From positions 1 to 64,000 of the forward strand of contig CAXHJY010000080.1 in the NCBI GenBank assembly GCA_964016885.1: a DNA stretch of 64,000 bases. Reading direction: 5' to 3'. This document shows, piece after piece, positions 25,101 to 40,100 of the stretch (positions are counted from its first letter, which is position 1; the number at the start of each line of letters is the position of its first letter). The stretch comes from Eledone cirrhosa (taxonomy: Eukaryota). The position numbers and the translations under genes are program-made. The notes under the pieces were generated by a model. It saw only the letters and a program-made list of their open reading frames with translations. It was not told the origin of the DNA and made no database searches.

Positions 25101-28100
25101 TTCTTCAACTAGCGTTACTGATGTGAACTTCAAGAAAATCTTAGCTTTTGTGAAAGACTTTCTATCGGAGGCTAGTATTGACAATGGTAATGTGAGAGTA
25201 GGGGCAGTGATTTATAGCACTGACGTACAAGTGCAGTTTCATTTGAATCACTACCATTCAAAGAGAGATATCCTCAATGCTATTGACAACATTGCCTATG
25301 TGTATGGAAGCACAAATACATATGGAGGTCTGCACACAGCCAGAAGACAGATGTTTACTGCAGAAAATGGTGACAGAGCCGGTATTCCTAATATTATTTT
25401 CCTTATTACTGATGGCGTTTCCAACATCAACGCTTTACAAACCATACCAGAAGCCGAAGCTATTCGTGCAGAAAACATCCATATTTACGCTATAGGTATA
25501 GGCCTTGCAGAAACTACAGAACTTGACAAAATTGCATCATATCCACCATCAGAAAACAGTTTCACTGTCGAAGATTTTAATCAGCTTTATGATTTAAAAC
25601 ACCAAATATTTGATTCTTTCTGTCCGGGTACGTATATTACGTAGATTATGTCAGTTGTTGCGTTTCGTTTCTTTCATGTCGGTCAACATCACTTTGTAGT
25701 GTCATTCTACATAGTAATTGTACACATGTTTATTGTGTTACATCTAATCTGTCTCCTTGGTCAATCATTTCTTTTGTTGTTCTTGCTGAAATTTCAGTTG
25801 AACGAGGTTTTGTTTTGTATTTTATCGATTGTATATGTTGTTGTTACTGTTCACTATCAATGATATTTGTTCATATTATAATACACATAACAGTTTATAT
25901 TTTCTCCAATATGTTTGTGAGAAATATTCAATTTAAAATATAATCAAATTGACACAATTATAGAATTAGATATTCTGTTTTGTCTATGTATTGTGATGGG
26001 CTGTTGCCAGAATTTGTATATTCATAAGTAATATTCAATTATATTTGTTCACATTGCAGAATATGTTCTCTCTAATGTGAATTATTATTGAAATTATTTC
26101 TTTTCTATGTGTTGATATCTATCCATATCACACTACATTCTTTATGCTGTTGTTGCTGGTTACTCTTGATGTTATCAACATAATATTGTTATCGTTATAT
26201 ATCAGTGTTTTTACTAAGTTCCTGTTATATGTTTGGATATTTCTGTTGTTATATGGTGTTTTGAACAAGATAATCCACTTGTTTCAGTAAGGTTACATGT
26301 CTCTATATAATATTTGTAAAGAGAATTTCCTCTTACCGTGATTGTGAACGCTAGGCATAACTATGAGTAAATCTGGAATTACTAATTATATCTGACTAGT
26401 TTATTGCACTTTTCCACTTTACAGTAAGACCTGAAGTAACAACTCCACATCCAAAACCACCTGGTAAGATATTTTAAATGGTTTTCTTTGTTACTTAGTT
26501 TCAAAGTAAGAGATCTGTAACTATTGGCTAGAATTAAGTTCTTTAAAGTATACATGATCTAATTGAAGGAAAGTCTATGGAAATCTAGTGATTTCTTAAA
26601 TATTTGAGTGTTATTAAATTCTCTAGATGTTCTATGATAAATATTGAATTATTATATATGTGGCAGTGTTAATTGATGGCTACCTCCCTATTCTCTAGGT
26701 AAATGTAATGCTGCTGAATCAGACATTGTGTTCGTTCTGGATTCTTCAACTAGCGTTACTGATGTGAACTTCAAGAAAATCTTAGCTTTTGTGAAAGACT
26801 TTCTATCGGAGGCTAGTATTGACAATGGTAATGTGAGAGTAGGGGCAGTGATTTATAGCACTGACGTACAAGTGCAGTTTCATTTGAATTACTACCATTC
26901 AAAGAGAGATATCCTCAATGCTATTGACAACATTGCCTATGTGTATGGAAGCACAAATACATATGGAGGTCTGCACACAGCCAGAAGACAGATGTTTACT
27001 GCAGAAAATGGTGACAGAGCCGGTATTCCTAATATTATTTTCCTTATTACTGATGGCGTTTCCAACATCAACGCTTTACAAACCATACCAGAAGCCGAAG
27101 CTATTCGTGCAGAAAACATCCATATTTACGCTATAGGTATAGGCCTTGCAGAAACTACAGAACTTGACAAAATTGCATCATATCCACCATCAGAAAACAG
27201 TTTCACTGTCGAAGATTTTAATCAGCTTTATGATTTAAAACACCAAATATTTGATTCTTTCTGTCCGGGTACGTATATTACGTAGATTATGTCAGTTGTT
27301 GCGTTTCGTTTCTTTCATGTCGGTCAACATCACTTTGTAGTGTCATTCTACATAGTAATTGTACACATGTTTATTGTGTTACATCTAATCTGTCTCCTTG
27401 GTCAATCATTTCTTTTGTTGTTCTTGCTGAAAATTCAGTTGAACAAGGTTGTTTTGTATTTTATCGATTGTAAATGTTGTTGTTACTGTTCACTATCAAT
27501 GATATTTGTTCATATTATAATACACATAACAGTTTATATTTTATCCAATATGTTTGTAAGAAATATTCAATTTAAAATATAATCAAATTGACACAATTAT
27601 AGAATTAGATATTCTGTTTTGTCTATGTATTGTGATGGGCTGTTGCCAGAATTTGTATATTCATAAGTAATATTCAATTATATTTGTTCACATTGCAGAA
27701 TATGTTCTCTCTAATGTGAATTATTATTGAAATTATTTCTTTTCTATGTGTTGATATCTATCCATATCACACTACATTCTTTACGTTGTTGTTGCTGGTT
27801 ACTCTTGATGTTATGAACATAATATTGTTATCGTTATATATCAGTCTGTTTTTACTAAGTTCCTGTTATATGTTTGGATATTTCTGTTGTTATATGGTGT
27901 TTTGAACAAGATCATCCACTTGTTTCAGTAAGGTTACATGTGTCTCTATAATATTTGTAAAGAGAATTTCCTCTTACCGTGATTGTGAACGCTAGGCATA
28001 ACTATGAGTAAATCTGGAATTACTAATTATATCTGACTAGTTTATTGCACTTTTCCACTTTACAGTAAGACCTGAAGTAACAACTCCACATCCAAAACCA

Positions 28101-31100
28101 CCTGGTAAGATATTTTAAATGGTTTTCTTTGTTACTTAGTTTCAAATAAGAGATCTGTAACTATTGGCTAGAATTAAGTTCTTTAAAGTATACATGATCT
28201 AATTGAAGGAAAGTCTATGGAAATCTAGTGATTTCTTAAATATTTGAGTGTTATTAAATTCTCTAGATGTTCTATGATAAATATTGAATTATTATATATG
28301 TGGCAGTGTTAATTTATGGCTACCTCCCTATTCTCTAGGTAAATGTAATGCTGCTGAATCAGACATTGTGTTCGTTCTGGATTCTTCAACTAGCGTTACT
28401 GATGTGAACTTCAAGAAAATCTTAGCTTTTGTGAAAGACTTTCTATCGGAGGCTAGTATTGACAATGGTAATGTGAGAGTAGGGGCAGTGATTTATAGCA
28501 CTGACGTACAAGTGCAGTTTCATTTGAATCACTACCATTCAAAGAGAGATATCCTCAATGCTATTGACAACATTGCCTATGTGTATGGAAGCACAAATAC
28601 ATATGGAGGTCTGCACACAGCCAGAAGACAGATGTTTACTGCAGAAAATGGTGACAGAGCCGGTATTCCTAATATTATTTTCCTTATTACTGATGGCGTT
28701 TCCAACATCAACGCTTTTCAAACCATACCAGAAGCCAAAGCTATTCGTGCAGAAAACATCCATATTTACGCTATAGGTATAGGCCTTGCAGAAACTACAG
28801 AACTTGACAAAATTGCATCATATCCACCATCAGAAAACAGTTTCACTGTCGAAGATTTTAATCAGCTTTATGATTTAAAACACCAAATATTTGATTCTTT
28901 CTGTCCGGGTACGTATATTACGTAAATTATGTCAGTTGTTGTTGTTTCTTTCATGTCGGTCAACATCACTTTGTAGTGTCATTCTACATATTAATTGTAC
29001 ACATGTTTATTGTGTTACATCTAATCTGTCTCCTTGGTCAATCATTTCTTTTGTTGTTCTTGCTGAAATTTCAGTTGAACGAGGTTTTGTTTTGTATTTG
29101 ATCGATTGTAAATGTTGTTGTTACTGTTCACTATCAATGATATTTGTTCATATTATAATACACATAACAGTTTATATTTTCTCCAATATGTTTGTGAGAA
29201 ATATTCAATTGAAAATATAATCAAATTGACACAGTTATAGAATTAGATATTCTGTTTTGTCTATGTATTGTGATGGGCTGTTGCCAGAATTTGTATATTC
29301 ATAAGTAATATTCAATTATATTTGTTCACATTGCAGAATATGTTCTCTCTAATGTGAATTATTATTGAAATTATTTCTTTTCTATGTGTTGATATCTATC
29401 CATATCACACTACATTCTTTATGTTGTTGTTGCTGGTTACTCTTGATGTTATCAACATAATATTGTTATCGTTATATATCAGTCTGTTTTTACTAAGTTC
29501 CTGTTATATGTTTGGATATTTCTGTTGTTATATGGTGTTTTGAACAAGATAATCCACTTGTTTCAGTAAGGTTACATGTCTCTATATAATATTTGTAAAG
29601 AGAATTTCCTCTTACCGTGATTGTGAACGCTAGGCATAACTATGAGTAAATCTGGAATTACTAATTATATCTGACTAGTTTATTGCACTTTTCCACTTTA
29701 CAGTAAGACCTGAAGTAACAACTCCACATCCAAAACCACCTGGTAAGATATTTTAAATGGTTTTCTTTGTTACTTAGTTTCAAATAAGAGATCTGTAACT
29801 ATTGGCTAGAATTAAGTTCTTTAAAGTATACATGATCTAATTGAAGGAAAGTCTATGGAAATCTAGTGATTTCTTAAATATTTGAGTGTTATTAAATTCT
29901 CTAGATGTTCTATGATAAATATTGAATTATTATATATGTGGCAGTGTTAATTTATGGCTACCTCCCTATTCTCTAGGTAAATGTAATGCTGCTGAATCAG
30001 ACATTGTGTTCGTTCTGGATTCTTCAACTAGCGTTACTGATGTGAACTTCAAGAAAATCTTAGCTTTTGTGAAAGACTTTCTATCGGAGGCTAGTATTGA
30101 CAATGGTAATGTGAGAGTAGGGGCAGTGATTTATAGCACTGACGTACAAGTGCAGTTTCATTTGAATCACTACCATTCAAAGAGAGATATCCTCAATGCT
30201 ATTGACAACATTGCCTATGTGTATGGAAGCACAAATACATATGGAGGTCTGCACACAGCCAGAAGACAGATGTTTACTGCAGAAAATGGTGACAGAGCCG
30301 GTATTCCTAATATTATTTTCCTTATTACTGATGGCGTTTCCAACATCAACGCTTTTCAAACCATACCAGAAGCCAAAGCTATTCGTGCAGAAAACATCCA
30401 TATTTACGCTATAGGTATAGGCCTTGCAGAAACTACAGAACTTGACAAAATTGCATCATATCCACCATCAGAAAACAGTTTCACTGTCGAAGATTTTAAT
30501 CAGCTTTATGATTTAAAACACCAAATATTTGATTCTTTCTGTCCGGGTACGTATATTACGTAAATTATGTCAGTTGTTGTTGTTTCTTTCATGTCGGTCA
30601 ACATCACTTTGTAGTGTCATTCTACATATTAATTGTACACATGTTTATTGTGTTACATCTAATCTGTCTCCTTGGTCAATCATTTCTTTTGTTGTTCTTG
30701 CTGAAATTTCAGTTGAACGAGGTTTTGTTTTGTATTTGATCGATTGTAAATGTTGTTGTTACTGTTCACTATCAATGATATTTGTTCATATTATAATACA
30801 CATAACAGTTTATATTTTCTCCAATATGTTTGTGAGAAATATTCAATTGAAAATATAATCAAATTGACACAGTTATAGAATTAGATATTCTGTTTTGTCT
30901 ATGTATTGTGATGGGCTGTTGCCAGAATTTGTATATTCATAAGTAATATTCAATTATATTTGTTCACATTGCAGAATATGTTCTCTCTAATGTGAATTAT
31001 TATTGAAATTATTTCTTTTCTATGTGTTGATATCTATCCATATCACACTACATTCTTTATGTTGTTGTTGCTGGTTACTCTTGATGTTATCAACATAATA

Positions 31101-34100
31101 TTGTTATCGTTATATATCAGTCTGTTTTTACTAAGTTCCTGTTATATGTTTGGATATTTCTGTTGTTATATGGTGTTTTGAACAAGATAATCCACTTGTT
31201 TCAGTAAGGTTACATGTCTCTATATAATATTTGTAAAGAGAATTTCCTCTTACCGTGATTGTGAACGCTAGGCATAACTATGAGTAAATCTGGAATTACT
31301 AATTATATCTGACTAGTTTATTGCACTTTTCCACTTTACAGTAAGACCTGAAGTAACAACTCCACATCCAAAACCACCTGGTAAGATATTTTAAATGGTT
31401 TTCTTTGTTACTTAGTTTCAAATAAGAGATCTGTAACTATTGGCTAGAATTAAGTTCTTTAAAGTATACATGATCTAATTGAAGGAAAGTCTATGGAAAT
31501 CTAGTGATTTCTTAAATATTTGAGTGTTATTAAATTCTCTAGATGTTCTATGATAAATATTGAATTATTATATATGTGGCAGTGTTAATTTATGGCTACC
31601 TCCCTATTCTCTAGGTAAATGTAATGCTGCTGAATCAGACATTGTGTTCGTTCTGGATTCTTCAACTAGCGTTACTGATGTGAACTTCAAGAAAATCTTA
31701 GCTTTTGTGAAAGACTTTCTATCGGAGGCTAGTATTGACAATGGTAATGTGAGAGTAGGGGCAGTGATTTATAGCACTGACGTACAAGTGCAGTTTCATT
31801 TGAATCACTACCATTCAAAGAGAGATATCCTCAATGCTATTGACAACATTGCCTATGTGTATGGAAGCACAAATACATATGGAGGTCTGCACACAGCCAG
31901 AAGACAGATGTTTACTGCAGAAAATGGTGACAGAGCCGGTATTCCTAATATTATTTTCCTTATTACTGATGGCGTTTCCAACATCAACGCTTTTCAAACC
32001 ATACCAGAAGCCAAAGCTATTCGTGCAGAAAACATCCATATTTACGCTATAGGTATAGGCCTTGCAGAAACTACAGAACTTGACAAAATTGCATCATATC
32101 CACCATCAGAAAACAGTTTCACTGTCGAAGATTTTAATCAGCTTTATGATTTAAAACACCAAATATTTGATTCTTTCTGTCCGGGTACGTATATTACGTA
32201 AATTATGTCAGTTGTTGTTGTTTCTTTCATGTCGGTCAACATCACTTTGTAGTGTCATTCTACATATTAATTGTACACATGTTTATTGTGTTACATCTAA
32301 TCTGTCTCCTTGGTCAATCATTTCTTTTGTTGTTCTTGCTGAAATTTCAGTTGAACGAGGTTTTGTTTTGTATTTGATCGATTGTAAATGTTGTTGTTAC
32401 TGTTCACTATCAATGATATTTGTTCATATTATAATACACATAACAGTTTATATTTTCTCCAATATGTTTGTGAGAAATATTCAATTGAAAATATAATCAA
32501 ATTGACACAGTTATAGAATTAGATATTCTGTTTTGTCTATGTATTGTGATGGGCTGTTGCCAGAATTTGTATATTCATAAGTAATATTCAATTATATTTG
32601 TTCACATTGCAGAATATGTTCTCTCTAATGTGAATTATTATTGAAATTATTTCTTTTCTATGTGTTGATATCTATCCATATCACACTACATTCTTTATGT
32701 TGTTGTTGCTGGTTACTCTTGATGTTATCAACATAATATTGTTATCGTTATATATCAGTCTGTTTTTACTAAGTTCCTGTTATATGTTTGGATATTTCTG
32801 TTGTTATATGGTGTTTTGAACAAGATAATCCACTTGTTTCAGTAAGGTTACATGTCTCTATATAATATTTGTAAAGAGAATTTCCTCTTACCGTGATTGT
32901 GAACGCTATGCATAACTATGAGTAAATCTGGAATTACTAATTATATCTGACTAGTTTATTGCACTTTTCCACTTTACAGTAAGACCTGAAGTAACAACTC
33001 CACATCCAAAACCACCTGGTAAGATATTTTAAATGGTTTTCTTTGTTACTTAGTTTCAAATAAGAGATCTGTAACTATTGGCTAGAATTAAGTTCTTTAA
33101 AGTATACATGATCTAATTGAAGGAAAGTCTATGGAAATCTAGTGATTTCTTAAATATTTGAGTGTTATTAAATATTCTCTAGATGTTCTATGATAAATAT
33201 TGAATTATTATATATGTGGCAGTGTTAATTGATGGCTACCTCCCTATTCTCTAGGTAAATGTAATGCTGCTGAATCAGACATTGTGTTCGTTCTGGATTC
33301 TTCAACTAGCGTTACTGATGTGAACTTCAAGAAAATCTTAGCTTTTGTGAAAGACTTTCTATCGGAGGCTAGTATTGACAATGGTAATGTGAGAGTAGGG
33401 GCAGTGATTTATAGCACTGACGTACAAGTGCAGTTTCATTTGAATCACTACCATTCAAAGAGAGATATCCTCAATGCTATTGACAACATTGCCTATGTGT
33501 ATGGAAGCACAAATACATATGGAGGTCTGCACACAGCCAGAAGACAGATGTTTACTGCAGAAAATGGTGACAGAGCCGGTATTCCTAATATTATTTTCCT
33601 TATTACTGATGGCGTTTCCAACATCAACGCTTTACAAACCATACCAGAAGCCGAAGCTATTCGTGCAGAAAACATCCATATTTACGCTATAGGTATAGGC
33701 CTTGCAGAAACTACAGAACTTGACAAAATTGCATCATATCCACCATCAGAAAACAGTTTCATTGTCGAAGATTTTAATCAGCTTTATGATTTAAAACACC
33801 AAATATTTGATTCTTTCTGTCCGGGTACGTATATTACGTAGATTATGTCAGTTGTTGCGTTTCGTTTCTTTCATGTCGGTCAACATCACTTTGTAGTGTC
33901 ATTCTACATATTAATTGTACACATGTTTATTGTGTTACATCTAATCTGTCTCCTTGGTCAATCATTTCTTTTGTTGTTCTTGCTGAAATTTCAGTTGAAC
34001 GAGGTTTTGTTTTGTCTTTGATCGATTGTAAATGTTGTTGTTACTGTTCACTATCAATGATATTTGTTCATATTATAATACACATAACACTTTATATTTT

Positions 34101-37100
34101 GTCCAATATGTTTGTGAGAAATATTCAATTGAAAATATAATCAAATTGACACAATTATAGAATTAGATATTCTGTTTTGTCTATGTATTGTGATGGGCTG
34201 TTGCCAGAATTTGTATATTCATAAGTAATATTCAATTATATTTGTTCACATTGCAGAATATGTTCTCTCTAATGTGAATTATTATTGAAATTATTTCTTT
34301 TCTATGTGTTGATATCTATCCATATCACACTACATTCGTTATGTTGTTGTTGCTGGTTACTCTTGATGTTATCAACATAATATTGTTATCGTTATATATC
34401 AGTCTGTTTTTACTAAGTTCCTGTTATATGTTTGGATATTTCTGTTGTTATATGGTGTTTTGAACAAGATAATCCACTTGTTTCAGTAAGGTTACATGTG
34501 TTTATATAATATTTGTAAAGAGAATTTCCTCTTACCGTGATTGTGAACGCTAGGCATAACTATGAGTAAATCTGGAATTACTAATTATATCTGACTAGTT
34601 TATTGCACTTTTCCACTTTACAGTAAGACCTGAAGTAACAACTCCACATCCAAAACCACCTGGTAAGATATTTTAAATGGTTTTCTTTGTTACTTAGTTT
34701 GAAATAAGAGATCTGTAACTATTGGCTAGAATTAAGTTCTTTAAAGTATACATGATCTAATTGAAGGAAAGTCTATGGAAATCTAGTGATTTCTTAAATA
34801 TTTGAGTGTTATTAAATATTCTCTAGATGTTCTATGATAAATATTGAATTATTATATATGTGGCAGTGTTAATTGATGGCTACCTCCCTATTCTCTAGGT
34901 AAATGTAATGCTGCTGAATCAGACATTGTGTTCGTTCTGGATTCTTCAACTAGCGTTACTGATGTGAACTTCAAGAAAATCTTAGCTTTTGTGAAAGACT
35001 TTCTATCGGAGGCTAGTATTGACAATGGTAATGTGAGAGTAGGGGCAGTGATTTATAGCACTGACGTACAAGTGCAGTTTCATTTGAATCACTACCATTC
35101 AAAGAGAGATATCCTCAATGCTATTGACAACATTGCCTATGTGTATGGAAGCACAAATACATATGGAGGTCTGCACACAGCCAGAAGACAGATGTTTACT
35201 GCAGAAAATGGTGACAGAGCCGGTATTCCTAATATTATTTTCCTTATTACTGATGGCGTTTCCAACATCAACGCTTTTCAAACCATACCAGAAGCCGAAG
35301 CTATTCGTGCAGAAAACATCCATATTTACGCTATAGGTATAGGCCTTGCAGAAACTACAGAACTTGACAAAATTGCATCATATCCACCATCAGAAAACAG
35401 TTTCATTGTCGAAGATTTTAATCAGCTTTATGATTTAAAACACCAAATATTTGATTCTTTCTGTCCGGGTACGTATATTACGTAGATTATGTCAGTTGTT
35501 GCGTTTCGTTTCTTTCATGTCGGTCAACATCACTTTGTAGTGTCATTCTACATATTAATTGTACACATGTTTATTGTGTTACATCTAATCTGTCTCCTTG
35601 GTCAATCATTTCTTTTGTTGTTCTTGCTGAAATTTCAGTTGAACGAGGTTTTGTTTTGTCTTTGATCGATTGTAAATGTTGTTGTTACTGTTCACTATCA
35701 ATGATATTTGTTCATATTATAATACACATAACACTTTATATTTTGTCCAATATGTTTGTGAGAAATATTCAATTGAAAATATAATCAAATTGACACAATT
35801 ATAGAATTAGATATTCTGTTTTGTCTATGTATTGTGATGGGCTGTTGCCAGAATTTGTATATTCATAAGTAATATTCAATTATATTTGTTCACATTGCAG
35901 AATATGTTCTCTCTAATGTGAATTATTATTGAAATTATTTCTTTTCTATGTGTTGATATCTATCCATATCACACTACATTCGTTATGTTGTTGTTGCTGG
36001 TTACTCTTGATGTTATCAACATAATATTGTTATCGTTATATATCAGTCTGTTTTTACTAAGTTCCTGTTATATGTTTGGATATTTCTGTTGTTATATGGT
36101 GTTTTGAACAAGATAATCCACTTGTTTCAGTAAGGTTACATGTGTTTATATAATATTTGTAAAGAGAATTTCCTCTTACCGTGATTGTGAACGCTAGGCA
36201 TAACTATGAGTAAATCTGGAATTACTAATTATATCTGACTAGTTTATTGCACTTTTCCACTTTACAGTAAGACCTGAAGTAACAACTCCACATCCAAAAC
36301 CACCTGGTAAGATATTTTAAATGGTTTTCTTTGTTACTTAGTTTGAAATAAGAGATCTGTAACTATTGGCTAGAATTAAGTTCTTTAAAGTATACATGAT
36401 CTAATTGAAGGAAAGTCTATGGAAATCTAGTGATTTCTTAAATATTTGAGTGTTATTAAATATTCTCTAGATGTTCTATGATAAATATTGAATTATTATA
36501 TATGTGGCAGTGTTAATTGATGGCTACCTCCCTATTCTCTAGGTAAATGTAATGCTGCTGAATCAGACATTGTGTTCGTTCTGGATTCTTCAACTAGCGT
36601 TACTGATGTGAACTTCAAGAAAATCTTAGCTTTTGTGAAAGACTTTCTATCGGAGGCTAGTATTGACAATGGTAATGTGAGAGTAGGGGCAGTGATTTAT
36701 AGCACTGACGTACAAGTGCAGTTTCATTTGAATCACTACCATTCAAAGAGAGATATCCTCAATGCTATTGACAACATTGCCTATGTGTATGGAAGCACAA
36801 ATACATATGGAGGTCTGCACACAGCCAGAAGACAGATGTTTACTGCAGAAAATGGTGACAGAGCCGGTATTCCTAATATTATTTTCCTTATTACTGATGG
36901 CGTTTCCAACATCAACGCTTTTCAAACCATACCAGAAGCCGAAGCTATTCGTGCAGAAAACATCCATATTTACGCTATAGGTATAGGCCTTGCAGAAACT
37001 ACAGAACTTGACAAAATTGCATCATATCCACCATCAGAAAACAGTTTCACTGTCGAAGATTTTAATCAGCTTTATGATTTAAAACACCAAATATTTGATT

Positions 37101-40100
37101 CTTTCTGTCCGGGTACGTATATTACGTAGATTATGTCAGTTGTTGTCGTTTCTTTCATGTCGGTCAACATCACTTTGTAGTGTCATTCTACATATTAATT
37201 GTACACATGTTTATTGTGTTACATCTAATCTGTCTCCTTGGTCAATCATTTCTTTTGTTGTTCTTGCTGAAATTTCAGTTGAACGAGGTTTTGTTTTGTA
37301 TTTGATCGATTGTAAATGTTGTTGTTACTGTTCACTATCAATGATATTTGTTCATATTATAATACACATAACAGTTTATATTTTGTCCAATATGTTTGTG
37401 AGAAATATTCAATTGAAAATATAATCAAATTGACACAAGTATAGAATTAGATATTCTGTTTTGTCTATGTATTGTGATGCGCTGTTGCCAGAATTTGTAT
37501 ATTCATAAGTAATATTCAATTATATTTGTTCACATTGCAGAATATGTTCTCTCTAATGTGAATTATTATTGAAATTATTTCTTTTCTATGTGTTGATATC
37601 TATCCATATCACACTACATTCTTTACGTTGTTGTTGCTGGTTACTCTTGATGTTATCAACATAATATTGTTATCGTTATATATCAGTCTGTTTTTACTAA
37701 GTTCCTGTTATATGTTTGGATATTTCTGTTGTTATATGGTGTTTTGAACAAGATAATCCACTTGTTTCAGTAAGGTTACATGTCTCTATATAATATTTGT
37801 AAAGAGAATTTCCTCTTACCGTGATTGTGAACGCTAGGCATAACTATGAGTAAATCTGGAATTACTAATTATATCTGACTAGTTTATTGCACTTTTCCAC
37901 TTTACAGTAAGACCTGAAGTAACAACTCCACATCCAAAACCACCTGGTAAGATATTTTAAATGGTTTTCTTTGTTACTTAGTTTCAAATAAGAGATCTGT
38001 AACTATTGGCTAGAATTAAGTTCTTTAAAGTATACATGATCTAATTGAAGGAAAGTCTATGGAAATCTAGTGATTTCTTAAATATTTGAGTGTTATTAAA
38101 TATTCTCTAGATGTTCTATGATAAATATTGAATTATTATATATGTGGCAGTGTTAATTGATGGCTACCTCCCTATTCTCTAGGTAAATGTAATGCTGCTG
38201 AATCAGACATTGTGTTCGTTCTGGATTCTTCAACTAGCGTTACTGATGTGAACTTCAAGAAAATCTTAGCTTTTGTGAAAGACTTTCTATCGGAGGCTAG
38301 TATTGACAATGGTAATGTGAGAGTAGGGGCAGTGATTTATAGCACTGACGTACAAGTGCAGTTTCATTTGAATCACTACCATTCAAAGAGAGATATCCTC
38401 AATGCTATTGACAACATTGCCTATGTGTATGGAAGCACAAATACATATGGAGGTCTGCACACAGCCAGAAGACAGATGTTTACTGCAGAAAATGGTGACA
38501 GAGCCGGTATTCCTAATATTATTTTCCTTATTACTGATGGCGTTTCCAACATCAACGCTTTACAAACCATACCAGAAGCCGAAGCTATTCGTGCAGAAAA
38601 CATCCATATTTACGCTATAGGTATAGGCCTTGCAGAAACTACAGAACTTGACAAAATTGCATCATATCCACCATCAGAAAACAGTTTCACTGTCGAAGAT
38701 TTTAATCAGCTTTATGATTTAAAACACCAAATATTTGATTCTTTCTGTCCGGGTACGTATATTACGTAGATTATGTCAGTTGTTGCGTTTCGTTTCTTTC
38801 ATGTCGGTCAACATCACTTTGTAGTGTCATTCTACATATTAATTGTACACATGTTTATTGTGTTACATCTAATCTGTCTCCTTGGTCAATCATTTGTTTT
38901 GTTGTTCTTGCTGAAATTTCAGTTGAACGAGGTTTTGTTTTGTATTTGATCGATTGTAAATGTTGTTGTTACTGTTCACTATCAATGATATTTGTTCATA
39001 TTATAATACACATAACAGTTTATATTTTGTCCAATATGTTTGTGAGAAATATTCAATTTAAAATATAATCAAATTGACACAATTATAGAATTAGATATTC
39101 TGTTTTGTCTATGTATTGTGATGGGCTGTTGCCAGAATTTGTATATTCATAAGTAATATTCAATTATATTTGTTCACATTGCAGAATATGTTCTCTCTAA
39201 TGTGAATTATTATTGAAATTATTTCTTTTCTATGTGTTGATATCTATCCATATCACACTACATTCTTTACGTTGTTGTTGCTGGTTACTCTTGATGTTAT
39301 CTCTTCTCTTGTTATCAACATAATATTGTTATCGTTATATATCAGTCTGTTTTTACTAAGTTCCTGTTATATGTTTGGATATTTCTGTTGTTATATGGTG
39401 TTTTGAACAAGATAATCCACTTGTTTCAGTAAGGTTACATGTCTCTATATAATATTTGTAAAGAGAATTTCCTCTTACCGTGATTGTGAACGCTAGGCAT
39501 AACTATGAGTAAATCTGGAATTACTAATTATATCTGACTAGTTTATTGCACTTTTCCACTTTACAGTAAGACCTGAAGTAACAACTCCACATCCAAAACC
39601 ACCTGGTAAGATATTTTAAATGGTTTTCTTTGTTACTTAGTTTCAAATAAGAGATCTGTAACTATTGGCTAGAATTAAGTTCTTTAAAGTATACATGATC
39701 TAATTGAAGGAAAGTCTATGGAAATCTAGTGATTTCTTAAATATTTGAGTGTTATTAAATTCTCTAGATGTTCTATGATAAATATTGAATTATTATATAT
39801 GTGGCAGTGTTAATTGATGGCTACCTCCCTATTCTCTAGGTAAATGTAATGCTGCTGAATCAGACATTGTGTTCGTTCTGGATTCTTCAACTAGCGTTAC
39901 TGATGTGAACTTCAAGAAAATCTTAGCTTTTGTGAAAGACTTTCTATCGGAGGCTAGTATTGACAATGGTAATGTGAGAGTAGGGGCAGTTATTTATAGC
40001 ACTGACGTACAAGTGCAGTTTCATTTGAATCACTACCATTCAAAGAGAGATATCCTCAATGCTATTGACAACATTGCCTATGTGTATGGAAGCACAAATA

